Source: a virus
Virus record (IMG/VR): IMGVR_UViG_3300009374_000001
Span: 1 to 64,000 of that record
Reading direction: 5' to 3' (one strand)
Length of the DNA: 64,000 bases
The translations under genes were made by a program, and so were the position numbers. The notes beneath the pieces are model-generated. The model was given only the letters and a program-made list of their open reading frames with translations, did not search any database and had not been told where the DNA came from. Shown here one piece after another: positions 58,650 through 64,000 of this stretch (position 1 is its first letter; each line of letters starts with the position of its first letter).

Positions 58650-59795
58650 ATGAACTTAAATGACTTATCAAAAGAAGATCTAAAGCACCAATACGATATA
58701 GCAGAATCAGAATCTTTAAAATTTAGAAATTATGAACAAGCTGTAAAGTTAATTTTAAACTCAATGTATGGAGCTTTTGGCAATAACTATTTTCATTTTT
58801 TTAATATTGACTTAGCAGAAGCAATTACACTACAGTGCCAAGATGCAATATTGTATACTGAGGTTGCTATCAATAAATATTTTAATGATTTTTGGCATAA
58901 AGATAAGGAATTACATAAATTATTAGATATTGAAGTTACTGATTCAATTAAGGACGCCGTAGTTATATATATTGATACAGATTCTTGTTATGTTTCATTT
59001 GAAGAAGTTTATCAAAATGCAAATTATGATGGTGATGTAACAGAATTCATTAAAGACATATATGAATATAGATTAAAAAACTATATTAAAAATGTACTTT
59101 ATAAATATTCGGATAAATGGAACACTGATTCTTTTTTAAAGTTTGAATTAGAAACTATTGCATATTCTGCAATTTGGCTATCAAAAAAGAAATATATTCA
59201 AAACATTGCATGGGAAGATCCTGGCATTGATCATAACAAGTTAGAATTTATTAAAGCTACAGGTTTTGAAATTGTCCAATCATCAAGCCCTAGCTTTGTA
59301 AGAACTAAATTAAAAGAAGCTTTAATTTTAATGTTTAAAGATGATAATCCAAATTTAAGTGAACTTGTTTCATTTCTTAAAGATGTTAAGAAAGAATTTA
59401 AGTTAGCAAATATTGAAGAAATTAGCTTTAGTAAACGAGTCAATAACATTGAAAAATACATTATAGATGATTATTCACATTTTGAAGTTGCAAAATCTTG
59501 CCCAATAAATGTAAGAGCAGCAGGGTATTATAATTATCTTTTAAACAATTCAGAATATAAGAGTAAGTATCATAATATACCAAGTGGTGAAAAAGTTAGA
59601 ATATATTTTACAGATGACAATTTATCTAACGTATTTGCATTTATGCCTGATGAGCATCCGTATGAATTTGCACCTAACGTTGACTATGATTTGCAATTTG
59701 AAAAGTCAATATTAGATCCGCTGAACAGAGTTATTAAAGCAGTAGGTTTAAAGACTCTTAATTCGAACTTAATTTATGCAAAAACACTTTTTTAA
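58650..59795 (+). CDS. family B DNA polymerase, C-terminal half (motifs B and C, thumb)
   Basis: KLILNSMYG, YIDTDS, KKKY, GEKV; C-terminal KTLF resembles a clamp-binding tail. Confidence 0.9.
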   Translation: MNLNDLSKEDLKHQYDIAESESLKFRNYEQAVKLILNSMYGAFGNNYFHFFNIDLAEAITLQCQDAILYTEVAINKYFNDFWHKDKELHKLLDIEVTDSIKDAVVIYIDTDSCYVSFEEVYQNANYDGDVTEFIKDIYEYRLKNYIKNVLYKYSDKWNTDSFLKFELETIAYSAIWLSKKKYIQNIAWEDPGIDHNKLEFIKATGFEIVQSSSPSFVRTKLKEALILMFKDDNPNLSELVSFLKDVKKEFKLANIEEISFSKRVNNIEKYIIDDYSHFEVAKSCPINVRAAGYYNYLLNNSEYKSKYHNIPSGEKVRIYFTDDNLSNVFAFMPDEHPYEFAPNVDYDLQFEKSILDPLNRVIKAVGLKTLNSNLIYAKTLF

Positions 59796-59804
59796 GGAGA
59801 CTAT

Positions 59805-59983
59805 ATGAAATTAACTTTGAAGACCAAAAACAAAATTTAGACTTAATGATGAATACTATTAAGTCCGTATATAAGGAATATACTAAAGTACCAATGAAAA
59901 AACTAGATGAGATATTAAAACATGATTTGCTATGGGACGCTGAAACTTGCAAATCAATGGGTCTTATCGATAAAATAATATAA
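59805..59983 (+). pseudogene. ClpP protease C-terminal remnant
   Basis: Frame from 59813: NFEDQKQNLDLMMNTIKSVYKEYTKVPMKKLDEILKHDLLWDAETCKSMGLIDKII*; the AAGGAGA-preceded ATG at 59805 is in another frame. Confidence 0.65.
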
Positions 59984-59993
59984 GGATAAACTT

Positions 59994-61133
59994 ATGGCAA
60001 AATCAAAATTTTCATTTGATGATTTAAACGCTGAACTAGAAAAGTCATCAACGACATTTAGTTTAGGAACTAGAATGGATAAATCTACATTCGCAGATGT
60101 AACTGAATTTATAAATACAGGAAATTATGCACTAAACGCATGTCTTTCAGGTTCATTATTTAAGGGTTGGCCAAATAATAGAACTATGGCCATTGCAGGA
60201 CCAAGCGGTACTGGAAAAACATTTTTAGTATTAAATTCAATTAGAGAAGCAATCAGGATGGGCTATAACATTGTATTTTATGACTCTGAAGCTGCAGTGG
60301 ATAAAGAACTTATGGCTAAATTTAATATTGATACTACAAAAGTTCGATATGAACCAGTCGCGACAGTTCAAGAATTTAGAACAAAAATTACTGGGCTTAC
60401 AGATTTTGTGCAAAAGAGACTTCGTAAGAATGAAGATGTGCCGAAGTTAATGGTTATTTTGGATTCAGCTGGAAGTCTTGCAACAGATAAAGAAGTTGAT
60501 GATGCAATAACAGGTTCTAGCAAAGCTGATATGACAAGAGCAAAAGTACTAAAAAGCATATTTAGAATCATTACAGTAAGATTAGCAGAATGTAAAATAC
60601 CTATGATATTTACAAATCATACGTATATGACACAGAGCTTTATTAGCCAATCAGTTGCAGGCGGTGGAACAGGCCCTGAATATTCTGCTTCGATTATTTT
60701 ATTCTTGACAAAGGCACAGCTAAAAGAAAAAGATGTAAAAGCAGGAATTATTGTTACTGCAAAGCCAAACAAGAATAGATTTGCAAAACCTAACCCTATA
60801 AAATTTCATATTCATTATACTAAAGGGATGAATCCTTATGTCGGGCTTGAGCAGTATATTGATTGGAAAGATATTGGTATTGCCAAGGGAAAGATAGTAA
60901 AAGGCGAAAAGGTTTTAGTCAAAACAGCTAGGCAATGGATCTGTAAGCATCTTGATGAAACAGTTTCAAATGCAGATTTTTTTACAAGCAAAGTATTTAC
61001 ACAAGAAGTACTTGAAAAAATAAATGAAAAAATCCAGCTATTATTTAATTATGGTGATGTTGAAGATCATGAGACGACTGAAGATTTTTTAAGCCAAACT
61101 AAAGAAGTTGATGAAGAAGAAGCTAACGTTTAA
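59994..61133 (+). CDS. uvsX: RecA/UvsX recombinase
   Basis: INTGNYALN, GPSGTGKT, YDSE, ILDS, ADMTRAK, TNH, GGG, KNRF. Confidence 0.92.
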   Translation: MAKSKFSFDDLNAELEKSSTTFSLGTRMDKSTFADVTEFINTGNYALNACLSGSLFKGWPNNRTMAIAGPSGTGKTFLVLNSIREAIRMGYNIVFYDSEAAVDKELMAKFNIDTTKVRYEPVATVQEFRTKITGLTDFVQKRLRKNEDVPKLMVILDSAGSLATDKEVDDAITGSSKADMTRAKVLKSIFRIITVRLAECKIPMIFTNHTYMTQSFISQSVAGGGTGPEYSASIILFLTKAQLKEKDVKAGIIVTAKPNKNRFAKPNPIKFHIHYTKGMNPYVGLEQYIDWKDIGIAKGKIVKGEKVLVKTARQWICKHLDETVSNADFFTSKVFTQEVLEKINEKIQLLFNYGDVEDHETTEDFLSQTKEVDEEEANV

Positions 61134-61422
61134 TAGAGATAAATTCAAAATTAAACACATATTAGGTATTGAGAAAGAATTAGATTCATGGCCAGATGCA
61201 AATGATTTAATTTATATACTCATTAAAAAGAAGCATGATCATATTAGATGGAACGGGAGTATGAGCTTCTCAGATATTAAAATTAAACACTCATATATTA
61301 GAGGCTTTGATGATAAAGTTGATGTAGCAATTGAAGATCTTATAAAACAAGGGATAATTAAACTAGTAAGCGAAACAGAGGATAAGAAACAATATATGAT
61401 AATTAAAAACCCATTCGAATAA
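61108..61422 (+). CDS. hypothetical protein (possible winged helix)
   Basis: 104 aa between UvsX and the helicase; AIEDLIKQGII. Confidence 0.55.
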   Translation: MMKKKLTFNRDKFKIKHILGIEKELDSWPDANDLIYILIKKKHDHIRWNGSMSFSDIKIKHSYIRGFDDKVDVAIEDLIKQGIIKLVSETEDKKQYMIIKNPFE

Positions 61423-62762
61423 TGAATATATCACAAGATTTTGAAAAAGTATTTTATGCACTATCGTTAGAAAGACCTAAGTATTTAAATAAAATACAAG
61501 CAGGATTCTATGCGAGCAAAGAACTTGATATTATGTCAATGCTTGCTAAGAAATTTTATGAAAGATTTAAAGAGACTCCGTCTTCAAGTCAAATGAAGTT
61601 GCTTGTTCAAAATAGTAAGCAGGCAAAGAATAGAATTAAAGATAATATCATTGACTTAGTATATAATGTTGAATTAAGTGAATATGACAATGAATGGCTA
61701 GAATCAACAGCAGAAGGTTGGATACGCTGGCGTAATTTTGATAGAACGTTGATAGATACAGTTGAGTACATTAAGACTACTGAGATTACTCCAGAAACTG
61801 TAGAAAGCATTATTACTAAAGCAAAAATCTTAATTAATGATAGAAATGCTATATCATTTACTTCTGATATCGGATTAGATTTTTTTAATTTTGACAATCA
61901 TAATCAAAAGAGCGAAGAAAAAATTGCAAGTCATTATGACTTTGTTAATCAAGCGCTTGGCGGTGGTTTTGATAAAAAGAGTCTTATTGTTTATGCAGGA
62001 GAGCAGAGCATTGGTAAGTCCATATTTCTTGCAAACGATGCAGGGAATTTCATGAGAATGGGTCATAACGTTGCAGTTATAACTCTAGAGATGTCAGATC
62101 ATAAATTCGTAAAGCGAATAGGTGCTAACGTGCTAGATATAACAATGGCAGAATATGATACAAAGTCAAAAAACAAAAAATATATGAAACGGCGTCTTGA
62201 TAGAGTTACAGTAGGGTTAGTTCCTCCTGGAGAATTGTATATTAAACAATTCCCTACTTCACAAGCTACAGTTAATGACCTTGAACTTCATCTTACAGAA
62301 ATTGAAGAAAATAAAGGAATTAAATTATCCGTAATTGTTATAGATTATATTAACATTCTTGCAAATTATCGAAATACAAATTCTGAAAATACTTATATGA
62401 AGATTAAACAAATTGCAGAAGATTTAAGAGCAATGGCTGTAAGAAATGATTGGCTAATTATTACAGCAACGCAGATTAATAGATCTGGCTGGGACAGCTC
62501 AGAGATTTCAATGGGAGTTATTGCAGAATCAGCAGGCCTTGCTCACACAGCAGACGCAGTATTTGGTATTATACAAAATGATGAAATGCATGCTGATAAT
62601 ACATACTGGTTAAAACTTTTAAAAGTCAGAGATGGTGAGGGAAAGGGTTTAAAATTCAAGCTAGATATAGATTATTCGCACATGAGAATAACTGAAACTA
62701 CACAGACGAGTACCAGCAGTATATTCACAAAACAAATGACAGATGATGAAAAAACGAGATAA
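61422..62762 (+). CDS. replicative DnaB-family helicase gp41-like
   Basis: GEQSIGKS, ITLEMS, IKQFPT, IDYINI, TATQINR, AESAG, KVRDG. Confidence 0.92.
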   Translation: MNISQDFEKVFYALSLERPKYLNKIQAGFYASKELDIMSMLAKKFYERFKETPSSSQMKLLVQNSKQAKNRIKDNIIDLVYNVELSEYDNEWLESTAEGWIRWRNFDRTLIDTVEYIKTTEITPETVESIITKAKILINDRNAISFTSDIGLDFFNFDNHNQKSEEKIASHYDFVNQALGGGFDKKSLIVYAGEQSIGKSIFLANDAGNFMRMGHNVAVITLEMSDHKFVKRIGANVLDITMAEYDTKSKNKKYMKRRLDRVTVGLVPPGELYIKQFPTSQATVNDLELHLTEIEENKGIKLSVIVIDYINILANYRNTNSENTYMKIKQIAEDLRAMAVRNDWLIITATQINRSGWDSSEISMGVIAESAGLAHTADAVFGIIQNDEMHADNTYWLKLLKVRDGEGKGLKFKLDIDYSHMRITETTQTSTSSIFTKQMTDDEKTR

Positions 62763-63174
62763 AATATTTAATAATACATTCTGGGAAAAGAGCTTAGATA
62801 CTTCAAAACCAATATTATTTACACTTAAGAGTGCATGTAACGCTGAAGAAGTTTCAAGATTAGAGAATCTTGAAATTGAAATTCATGAAATCGTTAAAGC
62901 TTTAAAAAATCCAATATACCTCAAAAAAGATGATAATAATAAATATGTTAAACTTAATAAAGAAGCAATTAATGAAATTTATGGGATAGCACTAGATAGT
63001 CTAAGTAATAATTATAAGAAAGTAGAATTATATGCTGGCGTTTCAAATTATTTTAATATTACACATACGAAATTTTATAACTCATTGTCTAATAAGTATA
63101 AAGAAGATTTAATAGATGAATTAGATAAAAGCACTAACGCATTAAAAAGAATGGGGATACATAAGCTATTTTAA
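62743..63174 (+). CDS. hypothetical protein
   Basis: 143 aa between the helicase and the gp47-like gene. Confidence 0.6.
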   Translation: MMKKRDKIFNNTFWEKSLDTSKPILFTLKSACNAEEVSRLENLEIEIHEIVKALKNPIYLKKDDNNKYVKLNKEAINEIYGIALDSLSNNYKKVELYAGVSNYFNITHTKFYNSLSNKYKEDLIDELDKSTNALKRMGIHKLF

Positions 63175-63176
63175 AT

Positions 63177-64000
63177 ATGAATAATTTTAAAAGAATATGG
63201 ATGATTTCTGATACGCACTGGGGTGCAAGAGCAAATTCATCAATGTGGCAAGATACTATAGAGAACTATCATAGAAAAGTTTTTATACCATTACTTAAGA
63301 AAGAAGTTAAAAAGGGTGATGTTCTCGTACATGCTGGAGATATGTTTGATAATAGACAAACGCTTAATTTATTAGTTGGCAATGCTGCTCTTAGTGTCTA
63401 TACAGAAATTGCAAAAATACTACCCATTTACATCATAGTAGGTAATCATGACATTTACAGAAAAAAAACTAATGATATATCTAGCCTTGATTTTTTAAAG
63501 AATGTTGAAAATATACATGTACTAAAAGACGCAAAGGTTTTTGAATGGTCAGAAGAAAAAGTATTACTAATGCCGTGGCAAAGCGATAGAGAGTCAGAAA
63601 TTAATACAATTACAGAACATAGTAGCGCAAGTATTGTCATTTGCCATTCTGAAGTAGCAGGGGTGCAGTTAAATCATGGGATCAAAAGTTTTGATGGTGT
63701 ACCTATTGCAAATTATAAGAAATTTAAGCAAGTATTCTCTGGGCATATACATCATAGAGCTCTATATGATAATGTACAAATGCTAGGCTGCCCTTATCAA
63801 ATTACACGCTCTGATACAAAGAACTCTAAAGGCGTGACATTATATGATATTAAAAAAGATGAAATTGTCTTCTTTGAGAATAACTATAGCCCTAAGTTTT
63901 TGAAAATACCACTTGACAAGATACTTGATTTTAAGCTAGAAGAGTTAAAGAAAGTAGTATGTAATAATTATATAGACTTATACATACCATCGAAAATTGC
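63177..64000 (+). CDS. recombination nuclease gp47/SbcD/Mre11-like (partial, runs off the window; absent from the ORF track)
   Basis: MNNFKRIWMISDTHWG..HAGDMFDNR..VGNHD..FSGHIH metallophosphoesterase motifs. Confidence 0.9.
   Translation, partial: MNNFKRIWMISDTHWGARANSSMWQDTIENYHRKVFIPLLKKEVKKGDVLVHAGDMFDNRQTLNLLVGNAALSVYTEIAKILPIYIIVGNHDIYRKKTNDISSLDFLKNVENIHVLKDAKVFEWSEEKVLLMPWQSDRESEINTITEHSSASIVICHSEVAGVQLNHGIKSFDGVPIANYKKFKQVFSGHIHHRALYDNVQMLGCPYQITRSDTKNSKGVTLYDIKKDEIVFFENNYSPKFLKIPLDKILDFKLEELKKVVCNNYIDLYIPSKI

Noticed and set aside
53742-62762. Introns or inteins in RNR, polymerase, UvsX or helicase
   Set aside because: Sizes and motif spacing are normal; no splice-junction or homing-endonuclease motifs; the polymerase gap is filled by two ordinary genes
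1-64000. All minus-strand ORFs in the track and the short nested + ORFs (16991, 45445)
   Set aside because: They lie on top of motif-bearing + strand genes and have no recognisable motifs; they are shadow ORFs
1-64000. Stop-codon reassignment as in some large phages
   Set aside because: Conserved genes are full length in the standard code; TAG (36420, 53217) and TGA (1524, 16607, 20069) end genes at coupled junctions
1-64000. tRNA/ncRNA genes and intrinsic terminators
   Set aside because: Intergenic gaps are short and AT-rich; no cloverleaf or convincing GC hairpin with U-tract was seen

Overview
An AT-rich (about 30% GC by eye), densely coding 64-kb segment of a large T4-like (myovirus-type, probably jumbo) phage. 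All supported genes are on the + strand and use the standard genetic code. It has four parts. (i) 2.6-36.4 kb is a baseplate/neck/tail/fibre module, interrupted by a separately promoted ribosomal protein S1-like gene and an amidoligase-like gene. (ii) 37.5-42.4 kb holds a RuvC-like resolvase, gp32 SSB, primase, UvsY-like protein and UvsW. (iii) 42.4-52.8 kb is an accessory cassette in which almost every protein begins with a T4 internal-protein-like capsid-targeting leader. It encodes two ligase-fold proteins, two pol-beta nucleotidyltransferases, a HIGH-family nucleotidyltransferase, a DEDDh exonuclease, two HEXXH peptidases and a PD-(D/E)xK-like domain. This is the best candidate for an undescribed system: a virion-delivered nucleotidyl-transfer/repair or anti-defence kit. 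(iv) 52.8-64 kb holds a holin, dUTPase, class II RNR, a split family-B DNA polymerase (an Hc1 histone-like mini-gene and the sliding clamp lie between the halves), a ClpP remnant, UvsX/RecA, gp41 helicase and gp47 nuclease. A recurring AAACA...ATATAAT promoter precedes the non-structural blocks. No tRNA, CRISPR array, intron or intein was seen. All calls come from reading motifs by eye; no database search was run.
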